Source: Octopus sinensis (lineage: Eukaryota). From it: 64,000 bases of DNA. This document shows, one piece after another, positions 1-12,079 of this stretch (the stretch's first letter is position 1; every line of letters starts with the position of its first letter). Made by a program: the position numbers and the translations under genes. The DNA lies in the NCBI RefSeq assembly GCF_006345805.1, contig NC_043007.1, positions 65,286,001-65,350,000 on the forward strand, written 5' to 3'. Under the pieces are notes generated by a model, which saw only the letters and a list, made by a program, of their open reading frames with translations, was not told the origin of the DNA and did not search any database.

Positions 1-145
1 AATAGCGGTTCAGCAAGGGAGGCCGTTAAAATGAATACCTGGCTTAAAAGAAAATCCTTGGGTCGATTTTGTCAATTAAATCTTTCAATGTGGTGCCCCA
101 GTATGGCCGTAGACAAATGTCTGAGACAAATAAAAAAAATTAAAA
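1..145 (+). mobile_element. SINE family A, degenerate 3' portion
   Basis: Resembles the 3' half of the full copy at 14743-15143 (gcggttc.gcaa...ggtcgattt...ccagtatggccg...tgagacaaataaaa). Confidence 0.65.
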
Positions 146-491
146 AACATATATGTCTGACACACAGATATACGCCAACACCGAAGGTTTATTTGCACCC
201 ATAAGATCTTGGGTTAGGTCCATCTGAGTTATATCACTGCAGTAAACTTAGGCCGTACGATTGAATTCGGCCAGTCGGAAAATCTGTAGAATAGCATCGG
301 GTGAGCTGTATTTGCCCTTCAAAAGACCAGCTTTGTCATACTGTGTCATGATAATGTTAATTGGGTAATACACTAGAATCTGTGGAATACTTTGCAAGAC
401 TTCGTACGCTAACTCATTGAATAGGTAACTTGTCCGGTGATCGAAATCGACAGGAGAATCCATCACATATGTATATATGCAATAAATATTG

Positions 492-692
492 ATTTCATAT
501 TTTGGCACAAGACCCGCAAGTCAATTACATTGACCCTCACCTCCCCCAGTGCTCAGCTGGTACTTATTTTATCGACGACGAAAGGATAAAAAGCAAAGTC
601 AACCTCAGTGGAATCTGAACTTCGAATGTAAGGAGGGACGAAATGCTGCTAACCATTTGGCCTGGCTTACTAACGATTCGACCTTCACCGCC
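492..692 (-). mobile_element. SINE family B (tRNA-derived), near full length
   Basis: Reverse complement of the core at 44617-44833 (gtcgactttgcctttcatcctttcggggtcgataaa..aagtaccag) with tail gtgccaaaat.tgaaa. Confidence 0.8.
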
Positions 693-710
693 TTTATATA
701 TGCAATAAAT

Positions 711-727
711 ATGTGTGTGTATATATA

Positions 728-811
<84 letters not shown>

Positions 812-923
812 TGTATGTATGTATGTATGTATGTATGTATGTATGCATGTATATATATGTATATATATGTATATATGTGTGTGTGTGTGTGTGTGTGTAT
901 ACGTATATATGTATATATATATA
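711..923. repeat. Compound microsatellite (TA)n/(TATG)n/(TG)n
   Basis: Seen directly; accounts for the YIYI/MYVC/HTYI ORFs. Confidence 0.97.
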
Positions 924-1750
924 CAGGGGCTGGACAAAATAATGGAAACACCTAACATCATAGCATCATAATTTTGCAGTATCTTTAAAACCGTCAAAAG
1001 CTTGGTTATTTTTAAGGTTTTTTGATTTATTATTAGTGTTGCTTAATATGTTTTGCCAAAATTGTTGTTTCTTTTCAGATATCATCAGGAAAAGGCAGTT
1101 AAAATTCATTAAAATGACAGACCTATCGGACTTTCAAAGAGGTCAAATAGTTGGTGCCCCTATTACAAGCGCTAGCGTAACGAAAACAGACGAAATGCTT
1201 GGTGTATCAAGAAGTACTGTCTTGAAAGTAATCACAGCCTTTGAGAAAGAGGGAAAAACCTCCTCGTCGAAACAAAACTACGGAATAAAACCAAACCTTT
1301 CAGATAGGGACCGTCGGACTCTTACAAAAGTACACCTCTCAAAATTACTGCAGAGCTTAATGACTCCTCGAGAACCCAGTTTCCACAAAAACTGTGTTCC
1401 GGGAGCTGCATAAAGCCGGATTTCACGGGAGGGCTGCAATCAGAAAACCACTACTTTCAAAAGCAAACGTTGCAAAACGTTTAGAGTGGAGTAAAAACCT
1501 ACAGAATTGGTCTCTAGAGCAGTGGACGAATATACTTTTCTTGGATGAGTCATCCTTTACCTTATTTCCGACCGCTGTGGAGACAGCCAAAAGAAGCATT
1601 TGACCCAGACTGCCTTCTTCCAAGTGTTAAACATGAAAGATGATCTGTGATGATCTGGAGGGTTATATCTTGGAAATCCGCCAGCCTAATTCATGACAAA
1701 AATTCCTTTAGAAATTATTCAAACTTTGTACGAGTCCATACCTCGTATAA
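924..1750 (+). mobile_element. Tc1-family DNA transposon relic, internally deleted
   Basis: TA then TIR-like CAGGGGCTGGACAAAATAATGGAAACACC. Transposase pieces from ATG 1114: MTDLSDFQRGQIVG (paired-like HTH), GFHGRAAIRKPLLSKANVAKRLEW, ILFLDESSF (first catalytic D), KIPLEIIQTLYESIPR (C-terminus). Frameshifted; no right TIR seen. Confidence 0.9.
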
Positions 1751-2207
1751 ATTTCTTTCAATTTGACCCCCAATTAAGCAAAAATTCGAGAAAACTCAAT
1801 ATTTTACGATTTCCCTCTCTCACTTCAAAGGCTTTACTCCGCCTATTATCACACTTTCTCCGACTTTCTCTTTACACACATAGACACGCAAACATACACA
1901 TATATGACAGTGACAAACACAAACGTTTCAAACAACTACATACAAACACTCAAACACACACACACACACGTGTGTGTTTTTGTTATTAGTAAAAAAAGGC
2001 GCCAAACACAATTCACTTTCTCATTCGAACACATTTGCAAACACACAGCAACAATTCACTGACATATGGTGAGTAGATGCTAGCCGCTCACATTATGAGT
2101 TACACTGTTACACCAATTGTACTGGGACTGTTGTCTACTTCCCGTTAGTTTTTAGTGCCGAGGAAACAAAACTTTCTCGAGAAATAACAAAAAAACACAC
2201 TCTTAGA

Positions 2208-2535
2208 CAGCTTTATATAGAGAGAGATAACACACACACATTAATACACATACATACATACACATACACACACATGTATGTATGTATGTATGTATATATG
2301 TACATCTGTCCACTTCTTGCCATATTTTTATCCTTCACTTCCTACACATACACTCTGATTAAGGAAATCAGACGGTCAAATTAGAATGATAACTCAACAG
2401 AAAAGGTAAATTGGCTTTTAATTTACTTTCTGTCGCTAAGTTTTCGTAGTATTAATTTGCGAGCGTACTTCAGTTGTCAATTGTTGAAAGAAAATTGTAA
2501 GCTAAGAAGGTGTGTGTGTGTGTGTGTGTGCGTGC

Positions 2536-2574
<39 letters not shown>

Positions 2575-2715
2575 TGTATGTGTAGGAAGTGAAGGATAAA
2601 AGTATGGCAAGAAGTGGACATATGTACATATATACATACATACATACATGTGTGTGTGTGTGTATGTATGTATGTGTATTAATGTGTGTGTGTTATCTCT
2701 CTCTATATAAAGCTG
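2208..2715. repeat. Inverted duplication, arms 2208-2355 and 2572-2715
   Basis: cacttcttgccatatttttatccttcacttcctacacatacactc is the reverse complement of gagtgtatgtgtaggaagtgaaggataaaagtatggcaagaagtg, with few mismatches. Confidence 0.9.
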
Positions 2716-3086
2716 AAGTTGTCTGTGTGCGCCAGGTTTGGTAACCTTCAACTAACACTATCTCCTCCGAGACCCTGCGGCGTAAGTTGACCAAAATTAA
2801 GAGTATGATAGAAGAAGGGTTGATCTTCCTTCCGTAGAAGATAAAATTCAAATCGGACCATGTTAACACTAAAAATTATTTACATCAAAAAGGTGCTTTT
2901 TTCTATGAAAATCTCTATTTTTTTACGATTTTTTCACTGCTGTGTCGCAACTTTTCGGTGTATTTCAACCAGAAAAATGTTCACTTGAAGAGAATAACAA
3001 GCTACATAAGGCAAAGTTTTTACTTTTCAAAAATTCCAATTCCAGCGGGTCGAAACAAACCCGAGCAACGCCGGGCGATACTGCTA

Positions 3087-3087
<1 letters not shown>
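2696..3087 (+). mobile_element. Non-autonomous Helitron
   Basis: A^TC 5' end (tctctctctatataaagctg), subterminal GC hairpin cccgagcaacgccggg, 3' CTAG^T, no TSD. 3' end matches 42216-42848. Confidence 0.85.
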
Positions 3088-3151
<64 letters not shown>

Positions 3152-3395
3152 TACAAAATAAGAAAATGGAGAAATACATCTAAGTCAAATATCAATTACC
3201 AGATAATACTCAAACACATACTTTATTAAACCACCACATAAGAAACTATAGGGTTAAACATAAAAAAGTAGAGCAAAACAGTGTACATAAAGGAGTATAC
3301 ATAAAAAGTGTACATAAAAGAGTAATGTTATACAATAAGTAGAATATATATAAGAGAATATAAATATAAGTAAATATAAATATAAATATAGATTA

Positions 3396-3524
3396 CATCT
3401 TACAGCTGTTTCGGCCATGTAGATAAGTATGTCTCATTTTACTCATATTAGCCTTCTATGGTAGGTCAATATGTAGTTATAAATGAGACATTTACAAAAA
3501 TATCATAAAACCTCTTCAGAGATT
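3396..3524 (-). ncRNA. Putative type I hammerhead ribozyme with long stem II loop
   Basis: Minus strand: AUCU-CUGAAGA-GGUU(UU)AUG...CAUGGCC-GAAA-CAGCUGUA^AGAU. Core unmutated, stem III palindromic; folded by eye. Confidence 0.6.
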
Positions 3525-3720
3525 ATGTGATATAAATCAGTCTATATATATACCTATATGGGTGCGGGTACATACCTATAATACATCATATACATATACA
3601 TATGAGTGCATATACTCACACTCCTATACATATAAATACATACATATACATAATGATAGAAATAATATAAATTAGTAAACATACATATGTTCCACATTCA
3701 ATGTTACAGTTTTTCAACTT

Positions 3721-3841
3721 AATATTGTGATAATAAACATACACATATTAATACTGTGATAATAAACATACACATATTAATACTGTGATAATAAACATAC
3801 ACATATTAATACTGTGATAATAAACATACACATATTAATAC
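3721..3841. repeat. 29-bp minisatellite x4
   Basis: aatactgtgataataaacatacacatatt repeated. Confidence 0.95.
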
Positions 3842-4589
3842 CCAAATGCAGATATACAGAGTCAATAGTACATTATATTAATTTCTACTAATTTCTAAAG
3901 TGTCATTAAAGTTAGCATCATTATCATTGTCAATACCATTAATGCTACCAATATCATCATTCATATTATTATTAATAACGCTAATACTAGAAAAACAATT
4001 TGTAGATTCCATCATTAGCAATATAGTCACAATAGTACTACAATAGCATGTAAAGTGTTAAATATCCGCATATACATACGAAGTATGAAGTACAAGCATT
4101 CTGTTTACACTACGTAAGGATCCATAGTTGCACATATGTACGTCCGAGTTCAAGTTTGTAATGTTCCTTATCATGGCCGAAACAGCTGTAAGATGTAATC
4201 TATATTTATATTCTCTTATATATATTCTACTTATTGTATAACATTACTCTTTTATGTACACTTTTTTATGTATACTCCTTTATGTACACTGTTTTGCTCT
4301 ACCTTTTTATGTTTAACCCTATAGTTTCTTATGTGGTGGTTTAATAAAGTATGTGATTGAGTATTATCTGGTAATTGATATTTGATTTAGATGTATTTCT
4401 CCATTTTCTTATTTTGTATTATGAATTTGTGGTAAAACATTTTACCTTTGCCCATATAATACAGTAAATGAATTGATTGCATCGCAATCCTTAACATTTA
4501 TGTATTAACCTTGTTGGGTACTTCACTAGCAGTATATTGGATATATGTTATCCCATGGAGGGTTGCATTTACAACCCCTATCTCAATTT

Positions 4590-4657
4590 GTATATATATA
4601 GATATATATATATACATACATGTATATATGTATACACATACATATATATATATGTAT

Positions 4658-4739
<82 letters not shown>

Positions 4740-5512
4740 ATATAGATCTATCTATATATATATAATATATATGTGTGTGTGTGTGTGTGTTGTATGTATG
4801 TATATACATCTACACGTCATCTTCTGTAGGCTTGGGTTGATCCATACCTTTTGAGTGGAATTGAGGTGATAGAAAAACCCTGTAGAAGAATGCCTGATGG
4901 ATTATACCTGCATTTCAAAGCGTGCAGCCAGCCCTGTTACACAAGAATATACACATACATATCAACTCCATAAGCACACACTTTATCCAACAACCACATA
5001 AACATACACTAACTGATCACAGAGACGCGCACTGACCCGCACTCTCACACGTACATACGCATAAATTCAAACAATATTCACGCATAAATACACGTACATA
5101 TTAGCTTCTAAACACAAGTTTGCGCGCGCGTGCACATACACGTACACACACACAATCACATACACAGACATCTGATAGCCGCACACATACGTTAGACAGC
5201 CTTCCTCAGTCCCAAACATATGCACTTTTCCACACACACGTACGCATAAATACACAGAGCACACACGTACCCATCGCTCCGCACACGCGCACGTACTGTT
5301 TGCTAACATACATACACAAGCACGTTCCAATACACACCCATATACATGTTCACTTAATCTTCATACACACGCACATGCTTGCCTATCCACACATACACAA
5401 GCATAGACTCGAAACGTCAAAGATTCTTCCATTTTTCCTGAGCGTGGAACATACATACATGCATACATACAAGCATACATACATACATACATACATACAT
5501 ACATACATACAT

Positions 5513-5547
<35 letters not shown>

Positions 5548-5575
5548 CATACTTACACACACACACATACATAGT
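4590..5575. repeat. Compound microsatellites and CA-rich low complexity
   Basis: (TA)n, (CA)n, (CATA)n and (CAGA)n tracts with short unique spacers. Confidence 0.85.
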
Positions 5576-5599
5576 CACTTAAAATAATTAAACAATTTA

Positions 5600-5735
5600 A
5601 ATAAGCGGATAAAAAACAAAAAAGAAAGTAAAACAACGAACGTTAGGACGTGCACACAAAGTATGTTAGCGTGACGCTCGGTGAAAGGAGAGAGTTTAAC
5701 GTTTCAAGCATAGCTCTTCATCGGATGTATATACA
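5600..5735 (-). mobile_element. PLE terminal-repeat fragment with degenerate hammerhead (5695-5727)
   Basis: Minus: CCGAUGA-A-GAGC-UAU-GCUU-GAAA-CGUU; same family as 53150-53255 and 24880-25030. Confidence 0.6.
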
Positions 5736-5876
5736 TATATTTTTTAATATTTCGCTTAGGCATAGCGAGACCAATAAGGTGGTGTAGTAGTTAATATACG
5801 TACGGTCCAGAACACAATGTTATATCAGTATAGAGTGGTAACCGAAACAAAGAAAGGACCCGGAAAATAAGCAAGT

Positions 5877-6037
5877 AATGAACTTCATTACCTTACAGCT
5901 GTTTCTGATATAGGATGTGGTTGACTCTTAGTTGAGTACCAGGATAACGTAATTATAGCTTCATCCTTGAATTTGGAGTGCACTTTATTTGAGAAAGTTA
6001 CATTTTCAGAACATGCAATAAGCTAATGAAGTTCATT
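5877..6037 (-). mobile_element. PLE-type terminus with degenerate hammerhead
   Basis: Minus: CUGAAAA...GAAA-CAGCUGUA, enclosed by the 14-bp inverted repeat aatgaacttcatta/taatgaagttcatt. Confidence 0.5.
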
Positions 6038-6124
6038 ATGTATATATATATATCGAATAAAAATAGAAAAGAAAAGGCAAACAATTTGACAAAACTTGAC
6101 AAGAACATTTAATTTAGCTAAATA

Positions 6125-6474
6125 GTTTGGATAGTCTCTGACAGCTGGAACGTCGTGTCGAGCAAAAATTCCATATGCTGAGTATTTATCCAACTTTGTA
6201 TCTGCTAACATACATTTTCTGTGCCATGGATTACTAAATAATCATTCTCCCTGATCATGGATTTATTTAATACCCGTTCTAACTGGATTTAATTGGATTT
6301 CTTCCAGTCTAGACATAATGAACTACAACGACTATCATAGATGAGGAGTTTCATTTTGCATATGTTTAACCTATCTCTCTCCAATAACGGAATACTCAGC
6401 ATATGGAATCTTCGCTTCACACTGTGTTTCATAGCTGGGATGTCCTAGAAGCAGCTGTCAGAGACTGTCTAAAC
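6125..6474. mobile_element. MITE-like element with bipartite imperfect TIRs
   Basis: 6125-6147 pairs with 6452-6474 (2 mismatches); 6169-6186 pairs exactly with 6391-6408. TSD unclear. Confidence 0.55.
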
Positions 6475-6680
6475 CTTAGATTATATATGTACATGTCTGC
6501 GTATGGGCATTTGCAAACATGAATGCGAACTGAAGTCTGCTTATATATCTATGCATATATGTGTGTTTTTATGTATGCATGTCTATATATATGTACCATG
6601 TAGGGATACGTGCGTGTGTGTGCTCATATATGTGTGTGAGTGTGCGGACGTATGTAATATATATATTGTATGTATTTGAA

Positions 6681-6860
6681 GGCTCGTAGCCTAGTGGTTA
6701 GGGTATTAAGCTCACGATCGTAGATTGTAGTTTCGATTCCCGGACAGAGTGGTGCATTCTGTTCTTGAGCAAAACACTTCATTCCACGATGCACCAGTTC
6801 ATTGAGCTGTAAACGAGTAAACCTGCGATAGACTGGTGTCCCGTTGACCGGGATTGGTGT
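6681..6860 (+). mobile_element. tRNA-derived SINE related to family C
   Basis: A-box-like tagcctagtggt, B-box-like gtttcgattccc, then cttgagcaaaacactt core as in 10693-11014. Confidence 0.7.
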
Positions 6861-6956
6861 GATCTCGGTCACTTATGCGTCATGAGGACTTGGTAACCTG
6901 ACCTGTAAATCCTAGAAATCGAGATATTGCATATATGTATGTATATCTATCAATAT

Positions 6957-7317
6957 ACTTACCAACCACATGGTTCCTCGTTCAGTCCCACTGCGTGGCA
7001 CATTGGGCAAGTGTCTTCTACTATAGCCTCAGGCCGACCAAGGCATTGTGAGTGGATTTGGTTGACAGAAACTGAAAGAAGCCCGTCGTATATATGTATA
7101 TGTATATGTTTGCGTGTGTTTGTTCCCCCAACATCGCTTGACAACTGATGCTGGTGTGTTTACGTTCCTGTAACTTAGCGGTTCGGCAAAAGAGATGATA
7201 GAATAAGTACTAGGCTTACAAAGAATAAGTCCTGGGGTCGATTTGCTCGACTAAAGGCGGTCCTCCAGTATGGCCGCTGTCAAATGACTGAAATAAGTAA
7301 AAGAGTAAAGAGTAAAA
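6957..7317 (+). mobile_element. SINE family A, missing first ~30 nt
   Basis: Colinear with 14743-15143. Confidence 0.88.
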
Positions 7318-7570
7318 GCGTATATATACGGATACATACATATGCATATATATATAAGTATAATACAATCATTGCATTTTGTTGAACGGAAGAAGAGTAC
7401 TCAATATATTTTGTTGAGTAGAAGCTATATTCACATAGAAAGTTTATTTCGTAGTTCTCCTGACGATCGTAGTTGCGTGAAAACATGGCCGACCAGATTC
7501 ACTCTGTATTTTGTTTTCTGATAGATACGCATACATATAACACACACATATGTGCGTGTGTGTGCGTGTG

Positions 7571-7607
<37 letters not shown>

Positions 7608-8059
7608 TGCGATGCAGTGGATATTTGAATACTTATAGACACATGCCATTGTCAGGGAATAAATGATGTTAATGGATGTGAATATAACAGTAACTAAAAT
7701 TACTCTATCGCGATCATTACTTTTGTTTTTACTTACAATTGTAGCTCAATTTGGTGAACAATTTCGTCTAAGGTATAAATAGGACCACTATCGTCAACGT
7801 CACAGTCTAGATCTCTGTTATTAACAACACTACGTCGCCATCGGAAATAACCACTCTGTTACCAAAATTACGTACACCACAAACACCGGTCTCCCAATCA
7901 CTTTCTGCATCACCTCTTACACTCCTGAACTACGACTACGACCACGACCACCAAAACCACCACCGCCACCACCAACAACAACAACAACGACAATAGCACT
8001 ACTATTATCAACATGAGTACACAACTACAAGCAAGACAAACCAATATCAGATCTATATT

Positions 8060-8272
8060 GGTTTTAAATTTTGGCATAAGGCCAGCGATATCAGGGGATG
8101 GGATAAGTCAATTACATCGACGCCAGTGCTCAACTGGAAGTTATTTTGTCGACATCGAAACGGATGAAAGGCAAAGTCGATCTCGGCGGAATTTGAACTC
8201 AGAACTTAAAGACAGACGAAATGCCGCAGAGCATTTTCCCCGGCGCAGTAACGATTCTTCCAGCTGGTCGCT
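8060..8272 (-). mobile_element. SINE family B
   Basis: atgaaaggcaaagtcga.ctcggcggaatttgaactcagaac core; reverse complement of the B box is present. Confidence 0.85.
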
Positions 8273-8319
8273 TTACACCAAACCTACATTAACATTACTG
8301 GTCGACTCCTTTTGGAGTC

Positions 8320-8415
8320 GATGAAGTCCGTACCAGTCATGTACTTGGGTTGATGCCATCGACTTAGCTCTCCCCTCAACAACCGCTGGTCCTGTGCCAA
8401 AATTTGAAAACCATT
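8320..8415 (+). mobile_element. SINE family B, 3' fragment
   Basis: gtaccagt...gctggtcctgtgccaaaatttgaaaacc tail. Confidence 0.65.
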
Positions 8416-9487
8416 ATTAACCCCTCTGCACCATCATTAGCAACATCATCGATATCAGTCTCACTATCATCAATACTACGACATCACCATAATCGTAAAA
8501 CACCACTATCACCAATACCACTATCACCAATTCTACTATCACCAATACTACATTACCAACATAATCACAAAACACCGCCACCAAATCCACTATCACCAGC
8601 AACACTATCACCAATACCACTATCACCGATACCACTATCACCAATACCACATTACTACCATAACCACAGAACACACCCGCCAACACCACTCTTTTACCAT
8701 CAATATCACTATACCACTACCATTACAACACAAAGAAAACTACCACCAATACCACTGTACAAACAAATCTATCACTCGACCAAAACCACTACACCACCAT
8801 CAACACCACTCCACTACCACCAATACCACTTGTCTGTTAACAGTAATGGTATTTCTAATACCACTAAATCGTCAATATCACTGCACCACCGTGAATACCA
8901 CTACACCATCAACACCACCGCAGCACTACTACTCAAATAAAAACACTACCATGAACGCCACAATGCGAATAACACCACCGCTACATTAAAATCAATACCA
9001 CTACTTAAACTAGCCCCAATACCACTACTTAAACTACCTCCGATACCACGCTACTGTTATTAACATCCCTGTCCAGAGTCCCGCTTCACCAACCCCTTCT
9101 CTACTACAAACACCGCCTCATTCACAATAGTGTAAACTACTGCAGTAGCAATGACTGCATCGGCTAAACTACTGCAGCGACTAAAGAAGCAACTGGTATA
9201 ACCAGTGCAGTAGTCTGTCGGTGTATAAGTGTCGTGGTTGTGTGGATGATGGTGGATGATGGTGGATGTGGTGGTGGTGGTGGTGGTGGTGGGAGCGATG
9301 GGAATGGCAACGGCAGTGGTGATGGCGGTGGTGGTGGCGGAGGTGGTGGTTGCAGTGGTAGCAATGACTGTTGGTTGGTGTTGGTGTTGGCGTCAGTGGT
9401 GGGGATAGCGACGATAGTTGGGTAGCTGTGTGTGAGTGTGTGTGAGTGTGCGTGTGCGTGCGTGCGTGCGTGCGTGTGTGTGTGTGT

Positions 9488-9529
<42 letters not shown>

Positions 9530-9776
9530 GAGGTTCAGTTCAGTTATGACAGCTGTGCTGGTTAAGGTTACGCTGATGATGACGGTAATGGTGGTAATGG
9601 CAGTGGTGGTGGTGGTGGTGGTGATATAGTTTGTGATGTTAATGATGGTGATGCTGATGATGGTGATGTTGAAGATGGTGGTGTTGATGATGTTGATGTT
9701 GATGATGATGATGATGATGGTGATGGTGATTATGGTGGTGGTGGCGAGGTTTAGTCATGATGGCTGCGGTTGTATT

Positions 9777-10502
9777 GGTGGTGGTGGTAGTGAGGGTGTT
9801 AGCCGTAATGGCTTTGGTCGTGTTGGTGATGGCCGTAGTGGCGATGATGATAGTGGTGATGGTGGTGGTGGTAGTAGTGGTGGTGGTGGTAGTGGTGGTG
9901 GTTGTGATGGTGGTGGCAGCAGTAGTGATGGTAGTGGTGGTTTTTAGCGGCGGCGGCGATATTAGTCATGGTGACCGTTGTTGGAGTGCATTTGCGGGTG
10001 GTGAACGATACAGTCGCAATATCAGGGGTGACAATGGTGGTGGTGGTGGTGGTGGTGGTGGTGGCTGTGATGGTTGACTTTCAGCTGGTTGGCTGGTTGA
10101 TGGTGCTGATGGTGCTGTGAGTAAAGGCGGTAGGAGGTAGAAAAGGGTGGTAGTTGGTGATTATAGTGGTATTAGAAAAAAATGGTGTTAGGAGTGGAGG
10201 GGGGTGATGATAGTGACGATGGTGGCGGTGGTGGTGGTGGTGATGGTGGTGGTGGTAGTAGTGGTGGTGGTGGTAGTGAGGGTGTTAGCCGTAATGGCTT
10301 TGGTCGTGTTGGTGATGGCCGTAGTGGCGATGATGATAGTGGTGATGGTGGTGGTGGTAGTAGTGGTGGTGGTGGTAGTAGTGGTGGTGGTGGTAGTGAG
10401 GGTGTTAGCCGTAATGGCTTTGGTCGTGTTGGTGATGGCCGTAGTGGCGATGATGATAGTGGTGATGGTGGTGGTGGTAGTAGTGGTGGTGGTGGTAGTA
10501 GT
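9777..10502 (+). repeat. 120-bp unit in three copies (~9777-9895, 10263-10382, 10383-10502)
   Basis: agtgagggtgttagccgtaatggctttggtcgtgttggtgatggccgtagtggcgatgatgatagtggtg is identical in all three. Confidence 0.92.
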
Positions 10503-10581
10503 GGTGGTGGTGGTAGTAGTGGTGGTGGTGGTAGTAGTGGTGGTGCTGGTAGTAGTCATAGAACTGGTAATAGTAGTAGTC

Positions 10582-10618
<37 letters not shown>

Positions 10619-10692
10619 CAGCAGCAGCAGTAATGCAGCAATAATTGTGGTTGTTGTTGTTGTGGTGGTGGTGATGCTGGTGATGGAGTGAA

Positions 10693-11014
10693 GGCGCATG
10701 GCTTAGTGGTTAGAGTATTCGGCTCACGATCGTAAGGTCGTCAGTTCGATACTTGGCAGCGCGTTGTGCCCTTGAACTAAGACGCTGTATTTCACATTGC
10801 TCTAGTCCACCCAACTGGCAAAAAATACATAGAGCCTGTATCTCAAAAGGGTCAGTCTTGTCACATTCTGCGTCGCGCTGAATCTCCCTGAAAACTGCAT
10901 TAAGGGTACGCGTATCTGTGGAGTACTCAGCCTTTTACACGTTAATTTCACGAGCAAGTTGTTCCGTTGATCGGATCAATTAGAACCCCCGTCGTCGTAT
11001 CGGACGGAGTGCCA
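10693..11014 (+). mobile_element. SINE family C (tRNA-derived), full length
   Basis: A box tggcttagtggt, B-box-like agttcgatac, body, and a GTT-type tail. Confidence 0.82.
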
Positions 11015-11124
11015 GTTTGTTGTTGTTGCTGTTGTAGTCGTGGTGGTAGTGATGGTGGTGGTTGTGGTGCTAGTATATTGCTGATCGGCTTGTTACAGTA
11101 AAAGAGTTTATATTTTGACTGGAT

Positions 11125-11295
11125 TTGTTGTTATTTAGCTCCAGGTCAAATCAGATCGAACAAAATATTCAAACCATGGCCATACCATCTGTTTCTTCGG
11201 TATACCGAAAAAACCAATATCACATTATTCACAATGGGGGCCACGATTTGAGAAATTTCACTGCTATTTCTAGGAGATCGAGTGACTACGCAGAC
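11125..11295 (-). mobile_element. Dispersed repeat family D, probable SINE with (CAA)n-like tail
   Basis: Conserved ends ccaggtcaa..c.gat and ctgctatttctag...gagtgact, also at 15610-15810; right end alone at 16575-16605, 18450-18480, 33060-33110 and 35235-35270. Confidence 0.55.
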
Positions 11296-12079
11296 GATCA
11301 TTCTGGTTCGATTTTTAGGAATGCTATTGTTAGTGATGATAATGATGTTGTTGTTATTGTTGTTGTTGGTGGTGGTGGTGGTACTAGTAGTGGTGGCGAT
11401 GGTATCGTGATAGTATTGACCGGCTTCTCTATAAGCCAAAGTATTTCGTAAGTTTTGCCATTGCTATGAGTTATCTTTGTGGTAATAAATTTTTTTGTTG
11501 TTTCTGCCGTTGGTTTTCGTGTATTTTATTTTCCTTCTTATATTGTTATAGCTAACTTCAAATTTGTTGTTGTTGTTGTGTCACCATAGAATTATTTCCA
11601 GAATAAAAAGAAATTGGAAATGCACTGAATAAAGAATGTATTAAATAAATAAATAAATAGAATAAAGAGCATTCTAACTGAACTGAAATATTTCTTTTTA
11701 GTTGGGGTAAGAAAACAAAAAAAAAATCAATAAAATAAAGAATAATAATTTGACAGTAAGTATTAGCGACACTGAAGGAAAAGGGGGAGATAATTTCAAG
11801 GCATCAACTATTTTCTCAAAGTTACGTTAAACGATTAAGGGAAGGGAAATCTGATCTTTGTTTGCAAGCAGGGGACGACAACTGTGGGTTTGTTTCTGGC
11901 TGTTAATCTTCAACATAATACACATACACGTACACACATACACAAACACATGCATACACATACATGCATTAATGCTTGTCACAAAAGCGAGCAAGCCGAA
12001 ACTTCGAAGTCACTGCCAAGTTTTCCATTTAAAAATACATCTGTGTGGGCGCGCGCGTATGTGTAGACACGTGTGTGTA

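Larger units (their letters stand above)
3151..4419. mobile_element. Penelope-like inverted terminal repeat structure, arms 3151-3419 and 4172-4419
   Basis: Arms of about 250-270 bp are reverse complements with about 4 small differences plus one ~20-nt indel; inner ends carry GGCC-GAAA-CAGCTGTA. Confidence 0.75.
8420..11100. repeat. Degenerate trinucleotide low-complexity domain: ACC/ACT-rich, then GGT/GAT/AGT-rich
   Basis: Seen directly; includes (TG)n at 9428-9527. Confidence 0.9.
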
